This document shows positions 26,201-38,549 of a DNA stretch of 64,000 nt, piece by piece. The notes beneath the pieces were generated by a model, which was not told the DNA's origin, did not search any database, and saw only the letters and a program-made list of their open reading frames with translations. Within the stretch, counting starts at the first letter, position 1; each line of letters opens with the position of its first letter. The stretch comes from Diadema antillarum (lineage: Eukaryota), in contig NW_027271782.1 in NCBI RefSeq assembly GCF_040938485.1, forward strand, positions 1 to 64,000. Direction: 5' to 3'. The position numbers and the translations under genes are program-made.

Positions 26201-29200
26201 TCAGTCATCGCAGAGGGCGCTTCACGTAATGGTTGGCCCTGTTGCATAGAAGTTGAGATCAAACATAAGTTGGATAATCAAACATAAGTCTCTGAATCAG
26301 CTCAATTCTGATTGGCTGATACCCGACTTATACTTGATCTTCTGACTTAATTGTTATGTTTGATTGATGTGTTTTGATGCAACAGGGCCCTGGTTTCTTA
26401 CCCATAGCGGTCTATATCATGATGTCTATGCAGACGGCGGCATCTCGTAAAATGTAACATCACATTGCTCGCTTGAAAACTAACCTAACAAACAAGGGGG
26501 AAAAAAGCAGCAACACCCAAACCCATGGTTGTGGTAACAAAAAAAAAAAGAAGACATTTTCCTGATTTTCCCCCTGTTGGACCTACTTGTTGAATATTGT
26601 TGCCTGTTAATCTCAACTGGGAACCCGTTTACGTTCCTTACGAGATGGGTTTCCAAAGAACTGGGTGATATTGCTGAACCTGTGATCGCTTCTGAAATTG
26701 ACAACACGTTTTAACAGATTAAAGCCCCCCTTTGACCATCTCACATTATAGCCTCTTTGTTTGCGGGGATTTCTTTGTACGTAATACAATGCAATTAACA
26801 AATTCCATTTAATCTTTTTCCAATACTAATATAAGATTTGATTTGATCTGCCTTTTAGTAGATCCCCCACATTTCAAGTTTGTAGAATTGTCTTCTCTTG
26901 CATTCTTTGTAATTACGACGCTGTGTCCATACAATGTTCAATCGATTGTATCATGTTATTTGTATTTGAGTTGTGGAACAATAAAATCAAATCAAGATTT
27001 GTAGCGAAATAGGTGTTTATAATGATGACACAATGATGATGTCTACTGCAAAATCCCCTCGGTGTTGATGGGTTAATGGGAGAGAAAGAATTATCTAACC
27101 CTCTATTTGCCACGTTTATTTCCTGTCCATAGGTATACGTGTGAAATTTGTACACATTTGACTCATTGGAACAGAAAAGGTTAAGAGAGAAAAGGGGAAG
27201 GATCGCAGTCTACCACATTCTCCAAAAGAGCGATATTATGGAGATTGTTGTCTTTGTAATGATTCGGAATTATTTGTCCTGATTGTCTACACAGGCCCGG
27301 CTTGTACTGGTCTGTATCTTCTTTCCGTTCCAAATCGGCTTCAGCATCTACATGGGCGTGAAGTATCGGCGGGCCAAGAATCTCATCTTCCGAACCGTGG
27401 GAGCAAACATCCACCTGCAGGACCTGTGCGGCAACATGTACCTCTTCGTCGACCTCCTCAAAGTCGATCTCCAGCTCGAGGTGAATGTGAATGAATGCAG
27501 TTACGACCAGGACCAGGGCCCCGTTGCATTAAGCTAAAGTAACTTACGATATGTGGTGACTCCACAATCAATGGTAACTACCACTGATAATAATATAGCT
27601 GTATATACTGTTCCGTAGCCAGTCGAAGGTAAGATCTCACTGGTGGTTACCATTAATTTTGTTTACCGTAGTTCCACCATAGCTTCATGCAACGGGGCCC
27701 AGGTCCGAATTGTAACGACAGTGTACTTTTGGTTAACAAAAATGTCTCAATAAACTGTTTATGTGTGACTCTACTCCACAATCATATCGGTTTTAATGGC
27801 GAGAATAAAATCAATCCACCAGAATGGTATCATTTTTATCAAATGATGATGTCACATTGTTTTGATTTGAAATGGAAAAAAACAAAAAACAATTTGGTAT
27901 CCTTTGCAATCAATTATTGTTGTGTAGTGTAAAAGAACCTAACAATTAACGATGAGTTACACCAGAAGGGAGGTTACATCTGCTTAATTCTTGACCAAAT
28001 AATTATACGTTATTTCATAAACCAATAGAAAGAATGGGTGTGTGGCAATGACATCATCATAATCAATTTATTTGCATAGGTGAGTGCTACCGGTTAATAT
28101 TCATGTTCCATGAAAGCATTATTGATATCTTAACGTGTTCATGTTATACAAGCGGGGGCGCTGTGGCATAGTGGATACGACTCCCAACTCCCAATTGGAG
28201 GACCCGAGTTCGATTCCCGCCCAGTGCTTACATCCTTTGACAGGATGTTCTTATCCACCATGTCCCTCTTGACCCAGGTGTGTAGGCTGAGTGGATACCT
28301 GGTAACGCTAGGGTTATAATATTGGCAGGGCCCTCTGGTAGAGCAGTGGCAACACTGAAGAGGCTACCCTGGATAATAATGCGACCTTATTATTATTATT
28401 ATCATAATATCTGATTTCTCAGAAACATCTACCATCCCGCTGGATTGAGTTTGCTCTTATTTCTGAAAGTCAGCTGGAACATGGAAATGGCATTGAAGTT
28501 TAAGATCGTATAGTCATAAAAGACTGTGTAAGTTTGTGTATACATGTAATTCCTTACTCAAGGACAAGAAGGCAGTACGTTTATCATCTATCAAAACTTA
28601 TTATCCGGTGCCAAGTAACACTGTTGTTGAGGATAGGATGAAAACAAACTTTTGCCACGTTTCATACCGTTAGTGCCCCTCAAAAAAAAAAAGAAAAAAA
28701 AAGAAAGAAGTTGGAGCCCCTCGTTTGTGAAAGCAATGTATGTTTAGTCTTGAATTAAAAGTTGACTCATGTCAACACAAGATAATCTGAAAGTGTCCTG
28801 AAGGTATTGCTGTATTCCCTTACTAGTATTTGCCGAAACATCACACCAATATAACATTTGGGAACGGTGCCTTATCTCTGAAGCAGTGAGTGAAAACACG
28901 AAAAATGGGAAATATAGAGAATTCACGACTCATGCTGAATGCGATTTCCCTCACTGTTGCCTCCCTGGGAGTGCGTTCATGATTTTTAATGGGAATCAAA
29001 ACAATAACCCCAACAATAAAAGTGTGGGTTGAGTGTGGTGTTGCACTTACCCAAGGTTATCCGATGTTCGTATCTTGTGGAGCTGTTTGATAGCTGTGCG
29101 TTTATACAGTTGCCAAGACGTGATGATCTTGCAAAAAAATTATTCGAATCCTCATGAGCCAAGCTGAGTCACGAGAATTGCCGAGTCATTACGAAATGTT

Positions 29201-32200
29201 TTCCCGAGTGACTTACGAGGTATACCGAGTGAGCTCGATGAACACTTCGATATCAATATTTCGTCTATGGTGCCAGAATACCCATGTAGAAAAGGGGATG
29301 TGGATGAAATTTGTTATCGTAGATTGCATGCCTACTGCATTCTGTCGGGACTGCAGCTGGTTGCCGATACTCCGATGAATAACTTAAATATGAATATGAA
29401 TATAATGTATCTGTACTTTTTATATTATCCCGTTTAATATACTTTCAGTATACAAATCGTTTAGTCTCTAGTAATTCTCTGCGATGCTTTTCTCACCGTC
29501 ATTAAACTAACTTGGACCTATAAAAAAAAAATCCTCTTCAAGGACACCCAATTTGGCTATTTTATATATACATTGCATATATGTATGCATGTGTGTGTGT
29601 ATGTATTTATGTATCATATTTTATATACAATATATATATATATTATGCAAGAACTATTATCGGGATGAGCTGATGCTTAGAAGCTTACATCTGTTCACAT
29701 AAATACTTAGTTCCTTATAAATCGATGTCAGGTTCATCTTTGGTATTTTGTTTGTTTGTTGCAGTTGTTTTTAGTGTGGTATTTGTGCTTGTTTTCTAGG
29801 ACAAGACACGAGAAAATGAAAAAGACAATCTCGATCAGATCGCATCTCTCTATTATCCCCCCCCCCCCCCCCATATACACACACCCCACAGACCAGTATG
29901 GTGATTCTAGTCTTGGATGACGGTATCAACATAAATGGTTTCGAGAAGATCGTCCTAAGTTTGGGTCTTCCCCTGGGTCTCATGTGGAACATCCTGGGAT
30001 TTTTAGCGGTAAGTGCACCTGTACCTGATAGGACCATTGTGCTGACATTGAGCCTTACAACACGAGAAAATACAGTGATACTAACAATATTATTATTCTT
30101 TAACACAATGAACAGCAATGAACTATCTAATGACACAAAAGCTGTTCAGAACGTGGAATATATCTAAATTTTATTTGGACACTCTTATTTTGGAACTTTA
30201 ATTAGAAAGTTAGAAACTTTGCTTGCGAAGTAAATGACATGAGGCAGACTTTTTAGGCGAAGTTTGTCAAACGGAGTCAAGAGCAACATGATTGCGAGAT
30301 GCAATAATTATTCAACATTCACTGAACACATTTGAAAAGTAAGAAAAGCGGAATATCATAAGACTGCCGGTTCTTGGAACTGTACATCTGAAGGTCACGG
30401 GAAATTTAGGACACGCACAGAGGTGGCCTCAACCATACAATGAACTATCATTTTTATTCCTATCATGCGTAGATTCATACTATCAAGTCAACAACGAGAC
30501 ACACATAAACTACCTATTCATGAAATTTGAAGGAAAAAAAATCAAATTAATCTCTGCATGGTCCTAGATACAGTATACACTCATCCGTCACAACCACAAC
30601 GACAAGACAGTTTCACCTCTTAGTGTTTAGCTGCCCGAGGAATTTATTTACGTTTTGTTTTGTTTTGTTTTGTTTTGTGTTTTATTATTAGTCAGCATCA
30701 GTGCCAGGTCACTATTGTCGGAGAAAATGGTGATAGAAATGGCAAATTCTGCTAAAAATGAAACCATCAACCAACGTGAGCTAAATATAACATCACGACG
30801 ATAAAATAGTTATTTTTAGTTATAAAACATCTTTCTCTCTCCCTCCACAATCACAGCTGCGATACGAGAACAGAATACTTGTGGTTCTCTTTCTGGCAAC
30901 CGGCTGGATCTTACCCGCCTTCATCACCTACAAGTTTATTGACGTGAGTTTGATGACGTACTAGTGACGTATATACAGGGCCCTGAATGTTTCATAGAAG
31001 TTGAGATCAAACATACGTCAAAAAATCAAACATAAGTCTCTGAATTGGCTGATTGGACACCTAGCTGTCTCATGTGTGATTTTTTGAATTATCTTTAACT
31101 GCATCTTTTTATGCAGCAGGGCCCTGGTTATACTTGTATACCAAACATGAAAGTTTAAATGATGTATAAATGAATATGTGATATTTTATCCTATTATCGC
31201 GCCTGCTTCTTGTTACCGTATACTCAGTGATTACTTTGAGTTCTTGATGTTTTTGATGAAAGTTCGAGCTCTATTCATTATTTTCTCTTCAGATGACCGT
31301 TGTCAAAAGTCGTAGGATAACATTAGAGAAGCGCAATTCTGGATCATTAATTCATATAGTCAGTTATTATACAGTTATTAAATTGTTTTATTGCATTGTG
31401 TACTTAATTTTCAGAGCAATATTGTAAGAGAATAACAATCTTTCTTAATTTTTCTTCTCTTACTTTTTCTTCATATCTATAACATTGTAATGATAATATT
31501 TAAAAAAAATGTCATCAAATGATGATTAAGAGGCTGATGGTGGTGATGATAGTATTATCATAATTATCATCACCACCAGTACGATTAATCATACGCCCTA
31601 TAGAGGGATTGTTATTGCAAGTGCATTCATTATCGACTAAACCAAACAAGGGATTTATATTTTCACTTTACAATTGTTTTCACGTAGATTACCTCGTAAA
31701 GGAATTGATTGCTTTTGACTGAAGCTAAACACTTTCTCTTTTTTATGTGTGAATAATCATATTTATATCTTTTTGAGTTCAGTTATATGACCCGTTATAC
31801 TGTAAATCAACTGTTATGTTTTGACATTATTTTGTGTAGTTGCGAAGGATATTCGGCTGTTTACTTTAAACATGATGAAAGCTGTTCAGCGATTCCAATT
31901 TTCACTGAGGAGTAATTTTCCACGTAAATACGTAGAAAACATGTGGTGTTACCTCATCACCGTATACCTGTTGTGGTTTGGTTGACGCGTGTAATGATCC
32001 GTACGGGTGTGCAAATGTCGTGCTTCTTTTTCTTGTTTTGACTTTAAAAAAAAAATGAAAACCACATGCATTGCACCGATGCTTATCGCGAAAGTGAGTA
32101 AGCACTCTCAATAGTTGTGCAGGGTTTACGGTACGGTCAGAGGCACCACCCGTACATCGCCACATCTCGTGCGTGCTTATATGTTTTGTCCCCCTCTGAT

Positions 32201-34672
32201 CCTTCATGTGCGAATACTGAAAACATAATCTGTTTGAGGGAACACCCTTTTCTTTGTGTTTCCCTCTGGTTCGACCTCGAAGAAAATAATTGATTCGTCT
32301 TTGAGGTTTAGACATAAACAGTGAAATTAACCGTCTCAGATTCATATCACATTGGCAATTATCTCAACTTGACAGCATCAGTAAATTCATAAAATATCTT
32401 GTGTTTTCATGACTTCATAACTACAATGTAGTCACATGCCTATTATTCGCCTCATGATCGCGATTATGATTCTTTAGAAATTCTGATTGTAGGTAAAAAC
32501 AAGCAAACAAACAAAACGACAAAAACATGGTTCATGATTGTGATCTCCGGAACGCTCATTGTGATCTCTTCTTTTCTTCTTCTTTTTTTTTTCATTTTTT
32601 TAAGTAACGGGTACAATGTTTTTTATAAGCATTCCAGCGTCAAATGTGGGACAGTACCACGATTATCTTTAAAATACAATGTATTGGGAGTCATCATTAC
32701 ACAGGGTGCAACGTCTTATAACCGACTGTGTATAGATTGTCATAGCAGCTACTGTGGAGTTTCTAATCTAAATTACAGCAAAATACAACGCGTCCTCATT
32801 CTATCTTTTCTTTTTGTCAGGCTGTTAAAATGGATAGAAATTTCATTCAATTGCACTGGGTACATTCCGGAATGATTCCCTGTCATCCATTTAATATACT
32901 TCAGGCATTAGCATTTCATGTAATCAAACCACCCGTTGTGTATCAAAATAGGCTGGAAAACTATCGACATGAAATGATATTGTCAAATGTGGCTTCTTTC
33001 CAGGAATTGTGCGAAAAAAATGATTTTTTTTTTCATTGTTCACTTGGAAACGGTTCTGTCGCGAGTTTTGATGATACGGCCACACATTAAAAACGTTTTT
33101 TCCTTAGTAAAAATCATACAGTATGTTTACGGTATGCTTACACTGTAGAAGTGAGTAGGACTCTGACTGAGGATATCATAACGATTCAAAAGCGAGTAGA
33201 AGGTAACATGTCACAGCCTTTGTTACGGCCTTCGATCTCGCCCTGGTATTAATGGGTGAAATCAAGCAAAGCTAGCGGAGCGAGCCTCGGCAAGGACTCG
33301 GCAAGAGATATACGCGCTCCCGAGCTCGGTTCGCAACAGCGTGTGAAAGAGGGAGCCTTAAATTTATCAAAAAGCATTTAAGAAAGAACCAAATCATCAC
33401 GTTTTGCGATTGAAAAATTCGAACTTCTAACTGCTCGTGAAAATACGTACAAACACATTGATATAGTAGAACTGCCCTATTTCTCCCGTCCACAGCTGTC
33501 GATGAGGTGGGAGCAATGGCCGACGAAAGCCGACAAACTCCTGCCAACCTGCATCATCGTCTGCGGTATTCTCGGACTCATCATTCGGGTCTTTCTCGTG
33601 GTCGTCTGCGTGCATCTCACGATGAACTTTGGACAGGGACTCGGGGAAAAAGGTAACAACACCTCACACAATTGCGAAATTATATAACAATGTTATCTAT
33701 CATTGGGGTTCAATGTCAATAATCGGCAAGTCTCAGTTAGTCGTGAAGGCTAGAACACTTGGCTTGAACAAATGGATAAGGGAAACATTATTGCAAGTGA
33801 ATGTTTAATGAATCGAATTTAAATTTACAGTAGGGTTTGTCAAATTGTGTGCATAAGTGCGAGATGTGATTAGAATAACAACAGTGAGCAATCGACTATC
33901 AGTGATAATCCCATTAGATTATTAGTCACGTCGACTATAAGTACAATGACATTTCAAACTTGCATTCAAATAACATTTATTTCTATATTTGTACGCAAAT
34001 AACATGTTAGCTATAAGTTTTACACTTAAAACTTGCTTAAAAATTTGAATCTTAGGCCCGAATTCACGAAGGTGGTACAATCTTTGTCCATGGTTTAAAC
34101 CATGGACAAAGTCCGTAGTTTGTACGGGGCGCCAAGTGTCGCATGGCCTATTTCGTTACGGAATCAGTCATTTCGTAACGAAATAGGCCATGTGACACTT
34201 GGCGCCCCATACAAAACTATAGTCTTTGTCCGTGGTTTAAACCATGGACAAAGATTGTACCAACTTCGTGAATTCGGGCCGTCATGTCTGATTTTTCATA
34301 TTTTCTCCTCAGCCAATGATGCCAGTTCCCAATTGTTTTAGCTCTTGTACGTTATCATCTTATGGGTTTATCCTTTCTGATCATAGTCATGAAGCAACAA
34401 AAATAGGCCTACATATTTTTGTTCGTTTCTAATTTTTCCGTCTTGGATTTTCTTTGCTTCTCTTTGATATAGTCTATGGCGCCCGAAAGAGGACAGACAC
34501 TACCGACAACCTCACGAACCCACCCGTGGTGAGACGTAGTCGCCATCGGCTCCTCCCGAACAGGAGCCGACCGTTCAGCTGGCCGCAGTTCACGCTCAGT
34601 TCGAGCAGACGGCAGGCGCAGCGATTCCCGCTCGATCGGATGGCGGAGCGATCCCTAAGTGGGGCGGGGTGA
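9193..34672 (+). CDS. Uncharacterised multi-pass (about 8 TM) membrane protein, 416 aa
   Basis: Eight GT-AG exons with matching phases: 9193-9396, 25121-25280, 26043-26182, 27295-27480, 29892-30008, 30857-30943, 33496-33652, 34473-34672 (1251 nt in total). About eight hydrophobic helices; motifs NLIFRTVGA, DLLKVDLQL, ALRYENR, MNFGQGL. Candidate AATAAA at 34711. Extra exons could be hidden in the N gaps of intron 1. Confidence 0.85.
10935..11503. other. Assembly gap (N run)
   Basis: Run of N. Confidence 1.
13997..14048. repeat. (TA)n microsatellite
   Basis: Seen directly. Confidence 0.98.
14507..14600. repeat. (TG)n / (TGTGTC)n compound microsatellite
   Basis: Seen directly. Confidence 0.95.
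16228..16392. other. Assembly gap (N run)
   Basis: Run of N. Confidence 1.
16615..17079. mobile_element. CA..TG MITE with a 7-bp TSD (P-element- or hAT-like)
   Basis: TIRs CAGGGCTCGACACTAAC / GTTAGTGTGGAGCCCTG. Direct repeat CCTTATG on both sides. Several subterminal GGGCCACCAAA motifs. A solo right end of a related family ends at 43722. Confidence 0.85.
17688..17869. repeat. (ATG)n trinucleotide microsatellite, imperfect
   Basis: Seen directly; it explains the poly-M, poly-H and poly-I ORFs in the track. Confidence 0.95.
18638..19195. mobile_element. Intact Kolobok-type (T2-like) MITE, family A, with ~200-bp TIRs
   Basis: TTAA|AGGG...CCCT|TTAA (TSDs 18634-18637 and 19196-19199) with long inverted arms. 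A TTAA TSD with AG/GG termini is the Kolobok signature; piggyBac ends are CC..GG. Confidence 0.88.
20776..21298. repeat. (TA)n tracts plus two interlocking perfect inverted repeats
   Basis: (TA)n at 20776-20850 and 21033-21080; 40-bp IR 20885-20924/20995-21034; 32-bp IR 20925-20956/21267-21298. Confidence 0.9.
21900..21945. repeat. (TC)n microsatellite
   Basis: Seen directly. Confidence 0.97.
23133..23248. repeat. (ATT)n microsatellite
   Basis: Seen directly. Confidence 0.95.
24538..25175 (+). repeat. Old ~310-320-bp tandem duplication of [Kolobok family A right arm + intron end + start of exon 2]
   Basis: CCGTATGTGAC.TCACGAACTG at 24541 and 24863; arm ends at 24720 and 25024; GGTCCACAG|TACAGGAA at 24810/24811 and 25120/25121. 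Confidence 0.85.
24811..24918 (+). pseudogene. Pseudo-exon: truncated duplicate of gene 2 exon 2
   Basis: Reads YRKFSENREKVILVLL versus the true YRKFSKLNREEKVFLVLC, then runs into MITE sequence and stops at TAA 24916-24918. Confidence 0.75.
26235..26389. mobile_element. PIF/Harbinger-type MITE
   Basis: GGCCCTGTTGCAT..ATGCAACAGGGCC TIRs; right flank CTG, left flank not matching. Confidence 0.8.
27517..27699. mobile_element. PIF/Harbinger-type MITE with CAG TSD
   Basis: CAG|GGCCCCGTTGCAT..AGCT..AGCTTCATGCAACGGGGCC|CAG. Confidence 0.85.
28154..28402 (+). mobile_element. tRNA-derived SINE
   Basis: Pol III A box TGGCATAGTGG, B box GAGTTCGATTC, a non-tRNA body (GACCCAGGTGT..GGATACC) and a (TTA)n tail. 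Confidence 0.85.
30979..31123. mobile_element. PIF/Harbinger-type MITE, same family as 26235-26389
   Basis: GGCCCTG..CATAGAAGTTGAGATCAAACATA..AATCAAACATAAGTCTCTGAAT is shared with the 26235 copy; ends GCAGCAGGGCC; flanks CAG and CTG. Confidence 0.8.
34055..34280. mobile_element. Near-perfect palindromic (hairpin) MITE with GGCC termini
   Basis: ~106-bp arms 34055-34160 and 34174-34280 with about 7 differences; a 30-bp perfect palindrome at 34082-34111. No intact TSD. Confidence 0.85.
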
Positions 34673-36906
34673 GCGGAGTGCCTTAACTCACCACTCTCCT
34701 GAAGGTGTCCAATAAAAGAAAAAGAAAAATACAGTATATACCGTCTTTCTCCGTTGCTATGCAGTGTCGGCAGCTGACTCTTATACACATTGTGTTGCAA
34801 TCCTTACTTTCGACGGTGCAACTGAAGATGATGATTATCCATAAAGAGCACGTGTCTGAAAATGTATTGGCGTCAGTTTGAAGAGCGGGTGCTGCAGCAG
34901 CAGCCTACAGAATTTATGGGACAAACACGACAAAGGACTGACGGATATCCATCAGCCATCCCGGAGCAGCCAATGAAAGTGACCCAGCAAATGGTGCAAT
35001 GAAAAAAATGTATGGATAATTCAAACATCATGAATTTGCATGATAACAACATAGTTGTGACTTATAGAACAAGCCTGTGATCACCACGCGCACTTCAGCC
35101 CTCGTGGCGGATGAAACAATATGACACCACCGTATGATTGCGATATTCATGTGATGTGCTTAGAGGATATTATTGTCATGATGATTTCATAGCTATCAGT
35201 ATCCATTGACACTTAACTTGATTTTTTTCCCTCATTTTTGCATCGTATTCATGTAAACTGCATGTGGCCCATTATCATCATAATCGTCATCGTCACACTC
35301 TCATCCCTAGATAAGAGGGATGTTATTGCAACTTTTGATTTCCATTCAAATTTATAGACATTATTCACAGTGGTAACGTCTTCCAATAAATTGTCATAGC
35401 ATTAATGATAGCAATGTTAATGTAGGAATGACCAAAATGACCAGACTAAAAACTGCAATACTCATGATATTCATGATAATGATGTGATATAAGGTAACAA
35501 TATCTAAAATAATGATAATGACACTTGATAATGCCAATTATACAAACCTGTAATTCTATCTATGGTAATGCTGCTGCTGCTGCTGTTACTGATGGTTGCT
35601 AATCACTGCTAATAATCATGTGTCACATATTCTATAATATTTTTTTCTAATATCTTACTTCAGATTACTTGGATACGCCCACAAAAAAAAAAAACTCAGA
35701 AACGATGCATGGTATGCTGCATTTATCTTTAATGACAATATTACTTCTATAATAATTATGAAATGAACATTTTTTTTTAGACTTTTTAATACGAGCGTTA
35801 ACGTACAAAATAAAATAAGTGACAGACTAATTTTTCTACAAATGTTGATAACGATTTGATGTAGATTCTGAAAAATGTGATGAAAATTGAACATAGAGAC
35901 CAATGGCATGCACCCTTTAAGTTGACCTTAACTTTAAGATTATCTTGAATCCTATGTGAAACACCCCATGTTCTTACTCCACCATCTACCACAGTCTTTT
36001 ATTATCTATGTTCACGACATAAGAAAGGAGTGACTTGTCTTTGTTTTTGTTTATCGAGAAAAATTTACCGCAGCTATGCACATACCCCCGACAATTAATT
36101 TTATGTCTTGATCGTGATTCTGAATCGACAAGTAAGTCAATAAATATCACAGAACCACAAGTGCAATACGTAGGCGCCTACACGTATTTAATAGGTCTAT
36201 ATTATGTGTGAAGTGCATCGATCAATATTATGTATATAAGTGATTTATAACAGAAAATATTACGTTCTTCGAATGGTTGTCTGCGCTGCTAGATTTAAGT
36301 TGAACATCAAAACAAACCACTACCGTGTGTGTGATGACGGCATGAAAAAGACCATGTGTGTACAAATTTTGAATTGTGTGCATCTGAATATTTTGCGGGT
36401 CTTTCAGCTCTTCAGCGATCGAACGTCGATTATGTGTTTATCATATTACGTACTAAGTAATATTATTGTATAAAATCATCACAGCAAATATAAACTTGTA
36501 AAGATGATATCAACTACAGATGGCCTATAATTCGTGTTTCTTATGTATGAGTCGGTATTTTACATGAACTTTCCGCATCGCGTCCCCCGTCCAAACTTCA
36601 AAACGGCAACTCACAGATAAAAACATATCTAATCACATAATTGCATTGTCAATCAAATGACACTCATCACATGACCATTCGATCACATACACAAACATTT
36701 ATACTGTATGTCTTATATTGTATGCGCATTGGTATATCCAGACATATTGATAATAACTATACACACTCGAGTGGTTAGAATTTAACACGTGAACATTTCG
36801 TTGTTCTGCTGCACCAAAACAAACGATATATTACGAGCATCATAAATCATGAATAAAATATCATTAAGAACTATAATGGTACACCAGAAGGTGGTATATT
36901 GTATTC

Positions 36907-37044
36907 NNNNNNNNNNNNNNNNNNNNNNNNNNNNNNNNNNNNNNNNNNNNNNNNNNNNNNNNNNNNNNNNNNNNNNNNNNNNNNNNNNNNNNNNNNNNNN
37001 NNNNNNNNNNNNNNNNNNNNNNNNNNNNNNNNNNNNNNNNNNNN
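36907..37044. other. Assembly gap (N run)
   Basis: Run of N. Confidence 1.
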
Positions 37045-37269
37045 AAACCGATAAGTCCATTTTTGAAGATTTTGAAGTACGGTCTCTGTCATAAAGTACA
37101 AAGTAATACCTATTAAATGATATATTGGTCACTACATATAAAGGTACATTTTTGAAGTTACGGTCAAAAGAAGCAAAAAAATCTTATTATTCTCTTTATT
37201 TTTCTTGACCTTTAATCGCAAATATCTTCACAGGGCAAATATGGACTGGCGGTTTTTGCGAAGAAACTG

Positions 37270-37272
<3 letters not shown>

Positions 37273-37316
<44 letters not shown>

Positions 37317-37325
37317 TATATATAA
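37273..37325. repeat. (TA)n microsatellite
   Basis: Seen directly. Confidence 0.95.
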
Positions 37326-38549
37326 TAGTCTTAATCTCTCATCCGAAATCAGGACTTACTATATACTCAGAAGAATATAGAACTCTGATCAGTGTCAGTG
37401 AATCTTTAAACTTTTGGCACTCACCACACCAGTTGATGGTTGATTTGCAAGATGTTTAATCTGTTTTATGTTAGGTTTAATCTGCACCCTTCACAATATT
37501 TTATGAAAGCCGTAACATTCGACCACACAAACATATCACACGAAACCTAAATGCGATCATCAATCATTCAATCTCATATAACATCCATGTCACTTTTTTA
37601 TTGAATGCAGAAACAAACTATTTCAAACTCTTTATGCAGTTATATAAAGCCAGTGTGATGATATTTAGACAAAAGGGTCCTGAACTTTCGACCATAAATA
37701 GCAGAATGTTTGTACAAAGAAAAAGACATGCAAAAAAAAAAAACCACCAACAACAACATACACTTATGGACTACAGATATACGTAACAACATAACATGCA
37801 CTACCGGAGATTGGCTAATGACACTACGGAACAATGGAAAGTAAAGGGGCATAGGTCTTGATTTAATTCTGTTTTAAGGGAAACCTTACAGATCCAAAAC
37901 GACATGCAAGGATTCGTGAACACTGGAATTAGCATTACAAATAGTTTTTTTTTCTTTCATTATAACAGATTAAATCATAGCTGAAGAGCCAGTCATAAGT
38001 TTTTTTTTTAATGTATATTATGAAATCTCTCCGTTGTACTCGAACAATGTCACATGATTGTGGAATTCTTAGGAATTTCTAATTATCTATTCAGAGGTTT
38101 TTTTTTTAATAAAGAGGAACATCACTTCATGTTGACCGAGGACTGAGAACAATAAAATGTCTCTAACAAATTTTCCAATATTAACATATAAACATATTTA
38201 TTATATACGTGTATATGTATGTGTCTGTATACATGTATCCTTACTTGGCTTGGCAAGAAAGCAACGTAACAATAATTGCTCAAATGAATTTTAAACAGCC
38301 ATAATACAATCATATACCAAATTTCGTCTTTTCTTCCTACTGACTCCTAGAGTCTCTGACAACTCATTTCAAAGGAGAAGTGAATCATTGGGTACTTCTG
38401 ATGTATATAGCAACTTTTCCTTTATTCTTATGGTTGATTTTCTTTCCTTTTGGACTACATACATTAATATTATACATTTTATGCGGTGTGGTAAAAAAAG
38501 AAGTTTCTACAACTGTGCACGACCTACTTGACAAGACGGTAGCTTGTCC

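Noticed and set aside
28154-28230. Functional tRNA gene
   Set aside because: Stems pair poorly, there is no oligo-T terminator, and it continues into a SINE body and tail.
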